Assembly: GCA_011109175.1 (NCBI GenBank)
Contig: RDEW01000035.1
Coordinates: 579,179 to 643,178, forward strand
DNA from: Dicyema japonicum
Lineage: Eukaryota > Animalia > Dicyemida
DNA: 64,000 nt
Direction: 5' to 3'
Shown piece by piece: positions 21,166-33,104 of the stretch (the first letter of the stretch is position 1; each line of letters starts with the position of its first letter). Both the position numbers and the translations under genes were made by a program. The notes beneath the pieces are model-generated. The model was given only the letters and a program-made list of their open reading frames with translations. It searched no databases and was not told where the DNA came from.

Positions 21166-24100
21166 GTGAGATATTATAATTGTCATACTGTATTATTCCT
21201 GGCATCGAATATCGTTGATTCAATTATATAGTTAATATTATATTAAAATTTAAATATTAGTAAATATTTAATGTTTTACCCAAAGTCGCATTTGTGGTCA
21301 CGAAAAAAGAACAATGGAATCGACAGGTTTAAATACTTGGAAATGCTAATTACTGAGCTAACCACTACAAATTCAAAGCGTATGTCCATTATTTATTACA
21401 GAGGCCCGTTCCCAAGTCATTGCCAACTTAGCGAATTTTTCGTATGACCCCCTAAACTTCAATTACCTGTCAAAGTTGAACATTGTGGATATATTTTTTG
21501 GTATTTTTCATTTTCTAAGTTTTATACGTTATCTCCACAAACAATAACCTTCAAGAGGTTGAGTTGGCCTCTGCAGGGATACTGAATTTGATAGCAGGTT
21601 ACTTTTCTTACGTAGGCTAGATTCTACTTTTGCCGACGCTGTCTCTACCAAAGTGCACGTGCTTGTTGATTTGCTGTGCAGGTGTTGTTGATGTGACGTA
21701 ATAGTAGTGAGTCTGACCTCATTCTGTCTCAAGTTATGACGTCATTGATATATTTGGGGGAGTCCGACCATCGTGGAGGTTGGTCTGTGGTAATGGTTGA
21801 TAGAGATTTTGGTACCACGTGTCATTGGAAGATTCAAAGAGTTGGTAGATCACTCTAATGTTGTAATCAGAAACGTGGCTCAAATATTTTTGCAGGATTA
21901 TTGTGGGGTTGTCTGAGTTGTGTATTTTTGCACGTGGGTTAATCATATCTGTTGTGAGTTTTTGGAGTGACTGGATCATAGTCGGTATTTTGGCTCAGCG
22001 ATGTTAATAATCGTTAGGGCGATTTTTGTTAATAAAGTCAAAAATTCATTCTTTAAAAATTGTTTGAAACCTCCAAAAAGGTAAAAGTAAAAAATGTTCT
22101 ATCAACAGAAATCTTATTGCAACTCATGCGGCATACTTTTTTTATTGTCCTTCCTCCGTTAACTAGTGATGTTCCCATTACTTAAACCTCCGTTTAGACA
22201 GGACACACAGTTTATTTAAAAGGACGTCAGTTATGCTAAATAACCGAGGAATGAGGCCAAGATCGAGTACGCTCTTAATTTTTTTCTTTTTCCGTTGCAT
22301 GCGAGTCCCTGAGACAATCCGGTTTCACAGTGATGAATTACTGATGACGGCGCCACACGCCAATCTATACTTGTAGTTGCTAAAAACAGTTTCTTATTGA
22401 ATAGTACCCTTCGTCTAAAACATCTAAAAAACGGATTTATTATATTTATTGTCATTCCACACGACTTAATACTGCAAAAATTGGACATAAACATGCCAAC
22501 ACACTTATCGGAGAAATCTGATACTAATAAAATATTTTTAATATCTTTTCCCCATTATACGGTTAACTAGTCGACTATCTGTTATTGAGATGTGTTAAGG
22601 GATTTTGCGATCGCATAAATTTTTTATTATTGACATTAGAGTCAGCCAGATACACGGCACGGGTATTGAACGTTCATTCTTTCAGCCTATATCTGCGAGA
22701 TATATGGAGTTCTTAACCTCAACACGATTGAGTTAGCTTGACCAGTTTGTAATAATTTGAAGGAATTGTCGGGGGTAACACAATCTACTCATTTATGTTG
22801 ATGGAATTATTAACAGTGGTTCTAGGTATATTCACTCCGGTAAATCAATCAAATTGCTTTATTTAGCAAAAAATAACCAACAAACTAAAGTTAGACATCC
22901 ATCTATTCCACGAGTCCATTTATAGGACTAACAACTTCCTGTATGTCGAACAGCCCTCGGACTACTGAACCTACGTTACCATTGTTTTCTCTATTGAATT
23001 CATTCGTAGTTAAGTTAGAAGGTAATGTTCCATTATGATCAGTAGAAACAAGCGTGTTCACCAACACAGGAAATTAAAATATCAGTTCTCTTTATATTCT
23101 CCTATTTTGCATCAGGTCACACAGAAATTTGGACGATTTATTATTTAAATTATTTAAAATAAATTTATTTTCTAAATTAACATAATTAAAAAAATCCGTA
23201 TTCGAAAATCGCCCCCAAAAGAAATGATCGAACAACATTGGTCACAACAAAAGGCACAATGCAGTCTGAGACGAAAGGAGAACATATTCCCATCCTTTCA
23301 TTGACTAGTACCCCCAATGAATTAATATATATTTCCCCTGTGAGTCTACAGTATTTTTATGAAAATTAAACTTTTAAGAGAAAAAGAGAGCCAATTTAAG
23401 ACAAATAGAAAATTCTTATAAAACACTCAGACAACAATAAATGAGGAGAAATCACCGCAGAATACGTCGACCACATTCCCAGGGGTAGAAATCTCCGTTA
23501 AAGTCGATACAGAATCACCCCAATCCCTAACTGTCCCCACTCATTCGATCCACAACAGTATACTCGACCACTTTCTAACATTATCCCTACTTAGACCTGA
23601 TAAAACCAACGTATGTCGTCCTCCACACAAAGCACGTGCTATATTCTCGTCCCCATTCACGTCCACCAAGACTGGGTACGGCATACAGAATCATTAACTC
23701 CTAACTGTCCGTCTAAGTTCCACCCCCAGCATATAGGTCCCCAATCTCTACAAATAATTCCAAAATAAACCTGAAACCACAGAATTGTGCCATTTTCCGC
23801 ATGAAATACTCCTAATTTTCAAACTGTGAAGAATTCGACTTCCCGAGACTGTATGAGTCGTTCCTTACATCAAAGCAGTCGCCATGTCCAGCTGCCCCTT
23901 ACTAGACTTACCCCATCAAGAACCTCCCACATCCGTAGCTGTACAGCGTCCCATTCACCGTCCTCATCAACAAATGCTGAGTTCCTGTGGAAATCTGATC
24001 CACTCTCTGGTCAAGGTTAACCCATTCGATCTCGTCTCTAAATACCCCGACCTTTCCGTCATCTATAAGTGAGAGAACGAGTCAACTAGTGAGGAAGTAA

Positions 24101-24552
24101 ACGTCCTCCGCAGTACAAGCGAGATCATAAACTCCTTGGAAGATTAATACGTGGTTTCCTGTCAAATCAACCTTAAAGAGTTCGTCTTCCAGTTTATATA
24201 AAACAAGTCCCCTACTCGGAGACTGAATTTCTACAACAAATCGAGCAGACTTACTTTTGAGTGAATGGAGGACAAATATTGTTTGATATATCCGAAGTAT
24301 TCAGTGTGGCAGTCTGAACACATCAAACATTAAGCAAACCGTGAATGATAGACATGGAAGACCACGTGCTACTTACTCCTGCGAAATCTGTGAATCGTCC
24401 ATATTCCGTGAACTGTTTGGAGTACCCTTTGTTTATCGTCGCGTAATAAGCAAGTCCACTGAACAACAAAGTATGCTCCATTAATATTTAATTGTTTAAA
24501 ACTTTCTTTATAACAAAGTATAATTTTAATTAAAGTAATTATTTTTAAAATA

Positions 24553-25970
24553 AAGTAAACCCTCATTAATCTGAACTAAAAAAATTTTTATGCCTTTCGG
24601 ATTGTGAAGAGATAAATATATTAATTTCATAGTAGTTAATATTTATGTTTTCATATAAATGACGATTTCGTTCGCGTCGAGCACTTCTGTTTGAGTTATT
24701 CTTATCATTAGCAAGTTCAGTTTCTGCATTATATCTTCATTAGCAAATTAATCAAGACATTTAATTGTCTCAGTCTTTTTAAAACAATGGTCTTTTAGTG
24801 TTGAGAATCCATAATGATGGCCTTCCGTAAGTTCACATGAAATTCTTTTTTCCAAGTCAAGGGCTTCCATATAATCCAAAATGAGCCTTTTTCTATAATA
24901 ATGCTTAAAGTTCTTTATTATGCCTGCATCAATGGTTGAAAACGTGCAGTTGTGTTTTTTTGGAAGGAATAAATTTCAATTTTCAAAAAATTTTGTTAAA
25001 ACGTAGAGCATTATAAATTATAAAAAGAACTTTTTCTGTAACATTTTAATTCATCACTATGATGACTGATAAAAACATTAAAAATTATGTTGTCATTCAA
25101 ACCCTTTTTGCATATACAATAATTTTCAAAGTCAAAATCTTTGAAAAATCTTGGTCTTTATTATGGCCAATAAAAAAGGTTAATTTTTTTGTTCTAGTTT
25201 CATTGGCACAAAGAGCTATAGTGATCCTCACTTTTGATTGCTTTATGGTTTTTCTATCTTTGATGAAATTGTTCTAGAAAAGTAAGATTGAAAAAGAGTC
25301 TAGTTTCATCCATGTGAGCAATGCTTCAGGGTCAACTTCTTTAACTAATCATATTGTGTCAAATTAATTTCATCTTGTAGGTTTCTCCACCAAGAGCTTT
25401 TAGTTTTAAATCTTCGTTTAAATTTGTGCAGCCTTACTAAATTCAAGAACATTGATCCAAGCTTTTCACCAAATACTTTAGCTTGTGAAATGATGATATC
25501 TTCAGTAACAAAACCATTAATTTCATTATTCACAAGTGAATTATCAAGTTGATGTTTCACCACTGTCTTGATTTGTTAATCGTAGTTTCACGGTTTTCCA
25601 ATTTTCACGTTTTTTAAATTTCTGAAAGTGTAGAAATTCCCAAAAGGGTTCATTTTTATTTCAAAATGTGGATAATTCTCTGAAAGTCATTTTTGATTTA
25701 TTTTTATTTCACAAATATTACTTTTCCACGCAATAGAAACTTCTGTCCTCTTTCTAACCATGTGTACTGTTAGATTTTAAACTTAAATGTAAATTCATTT
25801 GAATGTATGATTAACAAAAATAAATTAATCCAAAATTTTTTAATAAATGTATTTGCGGATTATGAAGTTTCGATTTATTGAAGCTTGTTTGTAAGGAAAC
25901 TTTGTAAAATTTTGCTAACTCATCAAAAATTAAAACTATTAAAGTTTTCGGATTATTGTATATGCTTTAA
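24553..25970 (-). mobile_element. Decayed pogo/Tigger (Tc1-mariner superfamily) DNA transposon
   Basis: Left end TA+AAGTAAACCCTCATTAATCTGAAC; CENP-B-like HTH remnant GFVTEDIIISQAKVFGEKL (ORF 25345..25563); colinear with 56201-57520. Confidence 0.8.
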
Positions 25971-26089
25971 AATATTAGGGGATGAATAGACAGTGGATAG
26001 TATGGATATTTATTATTATTAATAGTACTTTCGAAGAACCAAAAATGTATTTATTTAATTAAAATTCAGCTTGTGCCGTATTTTTCTTC

Positions 26090-27070
26090 AGGTTATTCTT
26101 TCTCCCACAGTTCTCTTGACCAACTTCCTCCATGCTCCGCGGTTACAGGCAGTTAATCTGAGCGTATCCAGATCATCTCCAGTTTTCAGCTTTCGTCCTA
26201 CATTGGTCAGTCTTGTGTAGAACCTCTGGCAAAGTTATGCGAGTCTTCCACGGAACGAGGTATTCACTCTGGGCAGAAATAGTTCTCCTTGCTATTTAGC
26301 AGGCGTCATCTGGCTCATTCGAAGGATGTGACCAAACAGACGCCAATCTTGATCAAGGATATCCAGACTCAATGGTCTTGTATTACATACTTTGTATAGA
26401 TTCTTGTTTGTAATTTTTTTGGCCAGTTGATGCAAGCAACAGTCGAGTTGGTTTACGATGGAAGGCTCTAGTTTGTCCATTACCGCTTCCGAGACACCCA
26501 GGTTGCAGCGTTGTACATTAGGACTGGTTTTCATGAAGGCATTATATAGTCTCACACGTAATTGTGTGCTAATTTGTTTACGATTATTCCACACTACTCC
26601 CATTTTTCTAAAGGCCGCGACGGCCAACATCTTCCTGTTAGTGATATCCTCAGCGTCTCCGAGCAACGACCCAATTTTTACAGTATCTCCATTTTTCATC
26701 AGTTCGGGTTAGTTCACGGCGTATGGTAGTTGTTCTCCGTCTTTTCCGTATTGATTTTGATGAACCATTTTTCTAGGAATCTGACATCCTTGTCCGTATA
26801 TAGTTTAATGTTTTCTCGTCGCTGGATTATAGTTCGATATCATCTGCATAAATCATTCAGTTTGAAGTAGATCGCGATTAATAGTCTGAAGTCTCTGAGT
26901 GCGCCTCCAGATATGTCACAAAAAGTACGGTGACAAGGAATCTCCCTGCGGTACCCCGAACGTTGTCTCGAATGGGACAGACTCCAATTTTTTTAAAACG
27001 TACACTTAGCGCTTTCCAAGTAATAGACGGATCATTCTGACACTGTCCTCGTCAACCAACTTCTCCAGAT
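26090..27070 (-). mobile_element. RTE-like LINE 3' half, decayed, related to 42000-44764
   Basis: KIGSLLGDAEDITNRKMLA...LRVRLYNAF...WRLFGHILRM (ORF 26292..26699). Confidence 0.85.
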
Positions 27071-27654
27071 ATCCAAAAGTCTCCCTCTGTGTATATATTA
27101 TGGATATATATAATCATTTAATGACAGGTTAAGGAGACGTGGTAATTCTCGAATGATATGAGGAATTAAATATTTTTTAAGTTAGTTAAGTAACCTCGGC
27201 CTCATTAACTGTAGAGGCCAGCAGCTATTAAATAGGACGCAGCAAATGCCGGTCGCTCCCATAGATCGGTCAGTCCCAGAACGAACGTTGTGCTAATTCA
27301 TGATATTCAAATATGTGATTTATTGTCTACTTGTAGAGTTACAAAAGGGACAGAGGATATTGTACGTCGATAGAGAGGAATGGTCCCCACATCGCAGACG
27401 AGCCAGGTTTATCCAGATGTCCCTCGGAAGAGAGGATTCTGCTTGATCTATTGGAAGAGGGGGTCAGTGTAGTATTTTATTATCATCGAGTCTTAGGATA
27501 CTTCTCGTAGAAACAAAATCGTGTATCCGTTTCAGACGACTCCAGTCATTGGGGCTGGAAGGGAAGGATGATAGCATTCGAGACAAGTCATTGGTTGTCA
27601 TAATTTTTATTTTGTTTTGAGGTTTGCGTAGAGAGTGACATGGATGGTCTGGAC

Positions 27655-30600
27655 CAGGGGTTCGAAACCTATTTCAGCAAAATGGACCACTTTCTTTGTT
27701 AAAAATTCCCATGGACCACTTCTTATACTTGAGGTTTAAAAATTAATTTTTTTTACATTTTTGTATTTATTTAATTAATTTAATTAAATTATTTTAATAT
27801 TTTATGAACATATTCAAATATTTCCTACTTACTTATTTTTCCGCGGTATATTTAGTACAGAGTTTTTAAAGACTACCTTTTTAAATTGTAAGAATGTCGG
27901 AACCAACTTCGAAAAGGACAAACATTAGGAATTACCATAAAGATTTTATTCTGTTTGGCTTTGTATCTGTAGACTCAAAACCTACTTGGCTTGAATGTTC
28001 TGCCATTTTGACAAACGATTCCATGAAGAGTCAAACTGGAGCAGAACCACAAGTCAAAGCATCCATCGTCTGTTGGTAAAGATATGGAATTTTTTGAGAA
28101 TAAAAAGAGAAGGCAGCCAGTAAAACTATTTGACTTTGTAAATAAAATGAAAACTACAAATGCAATAAACGCTCAAATTTATTTGGTCCCCGACGCAAGT
28201 TCTTCTTCCTCTTTTAATGATAGCTCGTTTCCAGTTATTTCGTAATCAGAAAAAGGATTCCTCACCCAATCAGAGTTCAACTGATGTGGGTGGAAAATAA
28301 TTATTCGTACATGTAAATAGTGACTCCAAATGGTCAACAATTTGTGGAACAATTTCTTTAAAATTTCTTTTTTGCACATGAGGGAACATTCCCAAGTTTC
28401 CAAACGTGATATGTTGTTTCATATTTGTAGTTTTTTTCAGAAAAGCAGCTATTTTGTCCGCGCAACTCAATAGATTTTCATTTTTCCTTAAATGCTGATA
28501 TTGAGAACATTGAGTTCATTAAAAATATCGGCGAGGTATGCTAGTTTGCAGCACAACGTTCATAATTGAGGCATTCAATAAAGTCATCCAACTTCTCTTG
28601 CATACAAAAAGCCAACAATTCGTGTCTGTTCATAAAAACAAATTAACATGTTTTTCTTTGACAGCCTTACTTGAGTATGCGACCAATGCCTCGCAATGAA
28701 GAAAACAGTGTGTGAATAATGTTCGGATTCTTATTTTTCGCAATAGAAACAAAGCCTTTAAATTGCCCAGTCATTGCCGGAGCACCATCAGTGCAGATAC
28801 CCACACATGCATTACAATCAAATTTTATATCCTCAAAATATGAATTTATAAGATTGAAAATGTCATATCCCTTTGTTGTTCCGAGTAACTCTTTGCAGCA
28901 AAAAAAATCTTCAACAATGGATTCATCGTTCATATATTGAACGAAAACAAGAAGTTACATTATTTCTGTAATATCTAAGCTTTCATCCAATTGAAGAGAT
29001 TTTTTATTCGCCAAACCAAAGTGGCTTCAATTTAATCAGACATATCGTTGATGCGTCTGCTCACATAATTATTAGAAATAGGAATTAAGTCGAGCTCATC
29101 GGTTCTCCGAACATTATCTTCACTACTTCTTTGCATGCAAGCAAAACAACAGTTTTGGCGAGAGTATGCGATTTCATATTTTTAGCGGCAATCTCAGCAT
29201 CAACATAACTAACATGCAGTGCTTTTTCGTTTATTTTTAATTTTTTTTGTAAAACTGGATGCTTGAACTTTATTCTGATCCAATTTCTGCATAACATATT
29301 CCTTTTTTTCTTTGAAAGTTCAGGGTGCTTGGTGGAGAAATGACGTCTAAGTTTCGTTGGAACCTTATCACTATTCGCAAGTTTTTCACCGCAAACAACA
29401 CAAAGTGGTAGAGGACAATCCATAATTGGACAATCTTTGGGATTTTCAGTGTGTAGTTCCAAGTCTAAGTTAACAAATTCTTCTTCTGTCATTGGATTAT
29501 CGACTAGTCTATTCATGAGGGGTATGAACAGTAAAATGTTTTCAGGATTGTCGTTTATATCATATATTTTGACTGGAATGTCACAATTATTAGAGCAGAG
29601 GAGATAGTGTTTGATTTCACGTCCATCCAAGCTATGCTAATCCACCGGATAGCATCCAAGAGAGAAATTTTTTGCAAGTGGTGTCGCATTGGTTTCTGTG
29701 TCTATTTTGGCAAGAAGTTGAGTCATTAGTAGTCTTCTGTATCTTTCTTTAAATGACCGAATAATTCCTTGATCCAGAGGCTGAATGACACTCGTTGTGT
29801 CAGCTGGAAGAAATTTTAGTTCCACGGTGGAATATTTTACGTTAGGTGAATGTGATGCTGCATTATCCAAAAACATAATAATTTTTCGTTTCTGGCGCAT
29901 CATCTGCATGTTCACATCTTGCAACCATTTTGAAAACAACTTCGATGTCATCCAGGTGTAAAGCATTACAGTAAGACGTTCCTTCGACTTCTTTGTTCCA
30001 CTGTGATGATTACCTCTCACTGATAGTGTTTTATCAGAAGGGCACGATAGAATAGTCCGGTTTCGTCACAGTTAAATATATCCTCTGGTCGATATCCCTC
30101 AATTAAAAAAGGTACACGTTCCACCCAGTCAGAAACAACATCACTGTCAACATTTGCTTTTTCACCACTGATACAGTACGACTGGATTGAGTAACGGGAC
30201 TTCCACCTGCATAACCAGCCAGTGGAAGCTTTAAAATCATTTTCGCCCAGTGCTTTAGCAAACACTGTAGCTTTTGCGATAATAATTTTTCCCGACAAAC
30301 AAAAGTTTTTGGAACGTGCTACCACTCCCAAGTGATTTTATTCAAATTTTCAAATGCAGTTTTTGTCAAAACGTTTTTTAGTAGAATTTGCGTTGTTATT
30401 GAATAATTCCAAATAAATATCAGCCTTTTTAAGTATGTCTGATACACTGCTGTATCCAACTCCATACTTCTTGCTGAGAAATTTTTTTGTTGGCTTAGGT
30501 GTTTGGTTCGATTCATTTATTATTTGAATTTTCATCTTTAATGACGATTCGCAACGTAATCGTTTTCTTTGCTATCATTTTTTTAGTTTAAAAAATTTTA

Positions 30601-30949
30601 GTTTTTGATTTTCTGTCGGGTTCGCAATTCAAGGTTAAAGACGATTAACAAGAATAGATCAAAGATTGATGTCAGAAGGCCGGTTTATGATAAAAGAAAA
30701 TTCAAGTTGGAACCACAAAATACGGCCGGTATTCGGAATAGAGGAGATCCGGTATGTCGAGGATGAAATAGCAGTGATGGCCTATGAAGTGAATCGGGAC
30801 CAGAAGTTTAGTCCGGTTTTACGGGAATTCCGGTATACCGAAAAGTCGGTTTAGAAAGGTCTGACTGTAATTCGTTTGAAAAATTATTTTTTTGAAAAAA
30901 AATTAAAAAAAATTTTGGAACTTGTCGGAACCCAGGTTGGGAACCTCTG
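27655..30949 (-). mobile_element. Charlie/Buster-type hAT transposon remnant interrupted by a pogo element
   Basis: TIR-like CAGGGGTTCGAAACCT (27655) and its inverted counterpart ending 30949. Transposase pieces PLCVVCGEKLANS..PTKLRRHFSTKH, EDFFCCKEL, CVGICTDGAPAMTG and SDWVRNPF. Flanks GTCTGGAC and CTCTATAT fit NTCTAGAN-like targets but are not identical. Confidence 0.85.
29410..30867 (-). mobile_element. pogo/Tigger transposon remnant nested in the hAT
   Basis: HTH (LSKKYGVGYSSVSDILK), CENP-B (FKASTGWLCRWKSRY), IFNCDETGLFYR, FLDNAASH, LPADTTSVIQPLDQGII; right end reads TA+CAGTCAGACC on the minus strand. Confidence 0.88.
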
Positions 30950-32429
30950 CTCTATATCAATGAGCCCAATAAAATAAAAAAAATCGAATATTAACTCGAC
31001 ACTTCTTTTTTTCAAGACGTTGCTCTTTCTATCCTCTAACACACCAAGTATCTATACCCACCCATTCCATCGAGCAAGTTAGCTTCTGATCCCTGGGTGA
31101 GCACATTAATAGCAGATTTTTCGACATTTCTTTCACGTCCAAAAAAATAACCTCCTTCATCATAATCGTTGTGTTTTCTTCTCGAGAGAATATTTCTCCT
31201 TTTTGCTATCAACAATATATTGGTAAGTTAAAAAGCGAAGGAGGACACAGATATCTGGTATGGAGCAGAAATCGAATGCTGAGCAGGTGCTTTGATGACA
31301 TAAAATTCAATAACCAAAGAATTATTAAAATTAAACTTTAAGCCCCGGTTATTTTTAAAATCAATAACATAATCTAACCAGACAACAAATCATAATTTTA
31401 TTGAAATAATGGTAGTTACTTTCCCTGATATCATACAATCCTCTCCTATAATTTAAAAAAAGATACATTTATCGGAAATTACTACAAAGTGACAACGGCA
31501 AGCCAATTACTCACGCTTGTTGGCAAATTAAACAAAGCTGGAATTATATAAGACAGAATCATTCTCGTAAGTAAATAATTATGACTAAAATCCTGAGTTA
31601 CAAATCGATTGCAACGTGATCATAAATAGCCCGTAATTGAAATTCTGCAATAAAATAAAGTTAGATTCCATTTTATTCAAATAAGAAAATATTTTAGTAA
31701 ATCAAGGAGAATATCGGTCGAATCGTGAATAATCAGAGGTGTCAAACCAATTATGTTAAGCCTACCATTCAATTGATAAATGTCGTATGTCATAGCGTCC
31801 GGGTTGATAAGACCATCGCTTGAAATCATTAACAACCTAAAAGTTATGTTTCGAGAGATAAAAATATAAAAAGGAAAAATTTTAAAAATATAAAAAAGAA
31901 AAAAAAAGAGCGTCAATGCCTCTAGAATCCATGATACGCGTGAACCGTGGAAAGCTCCGTCGTGAATACGAAGATCCAGTCATTCGGCCGATACGTGCTT
32001 GTGTGTGGTGGAGGAGCATCGAGCCAAGGTGAGGTCTCTGCCGAACGTGCTGAGATCACGTGATTAGTTATGGCTTCTACATTCAGTATTATTACACACA
32101 ATGAATAAAGAACATTATATATCATCTTGAATACAAACAGTATCCTGATGGATTCAATGAAAATCAAATTCGGACATTACGTTCAAGTTAACATAATTTC
32201 TTCATAATCAAAAGCACCATAGTGAATTGATGAATCAAAGGTTTATATAATAAAGGTTTGATAAATCTTGGACTTTCAATAATGAAGAAATATTAATATT
32301 AACAATAAAAGTAAGGCATGCCCACAAGAATGGCAATTACAACGTGTATGACAAACTTTATTAATTACGGTTAACCATATTAAAAAAATTTTTTTAATTT
32401 TTTATTACTTATCAACTTTCTCTGCCTTT

Positions 32430-33040
32430 CGCGTTCTCTCAGAAAGGTCTGGACGATTTTATATACCGGAATTCTTTCGAAGATTTGTTAGTGTCATCTA
32501 GCCAACTTCGCCGTGCCTGTTTGTTGTCGGAGGCGTCATCCGAGAGCGGTGCCTGGCTCAAAGCCATTCCCAGTGGAGTTTTGGGTACTTTTCTGGATGA
32601 TGAATGGGTCAGTATTGGGATCTCATTACGACTGGGATTAAAAATCTGTGTTCCATATCCGTGCCGATGTGGAGACTAGATCTATTGTTTTGCCCTACAC
32701 CCTTTCTCACGCAGGAAGAGTGCAGGCCGATTTCCCAGACAAATGGCCTTGAACGAAGTCTTTAGGCGAGTTTTGGACAACACTCCATGTTCGAACAAGT
32801 CGGTCTTTGCAGGCGTGACGGGAAAGCACCAGATGGGATGACAATCTTCCCCTTTGAAGCCGGGAGATTTCTTGTCTTGGACATCACCTTCACCGACACG
32901 TTTGCACCTACTCCAGAATGCCTCTGGGACCTGTTCCGCCGCTGAGAAGGCCGAGAGGTTGAAGCGGTAAAAGTACGTGGTCCTGCCCAAGGATTTTATG
33001 TTTATTCCGATCGCAGTTGAGACGTTTGGTTCCCTTCTGG
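32430..33040 (+). mobile_element. Second CRE/RLE-type LINE 3' fragment, decayed
   Basis: SESGAWLKAIPS..LGTFLDD...LRLGLKICVPYPCRCG, then GKAPDGMT and DITFTDTF in broken frames; homologous to 5904-6474. Confidence 0.8.
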
Positions 33041-33104
33041 TTACAGCCTAATGATTTTCACTAATAGAAAAAAGTCAAAAAAAACAATTTAATAGAAAAA
33101 GTCA

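Noticed and set aside
29085-29630. ORF suggesting a novel pogo-hAT fusion transposase
   Set aside because: Chance read-through across the junction of a pogo nested in a hAT; both partners are multiply disrupted.
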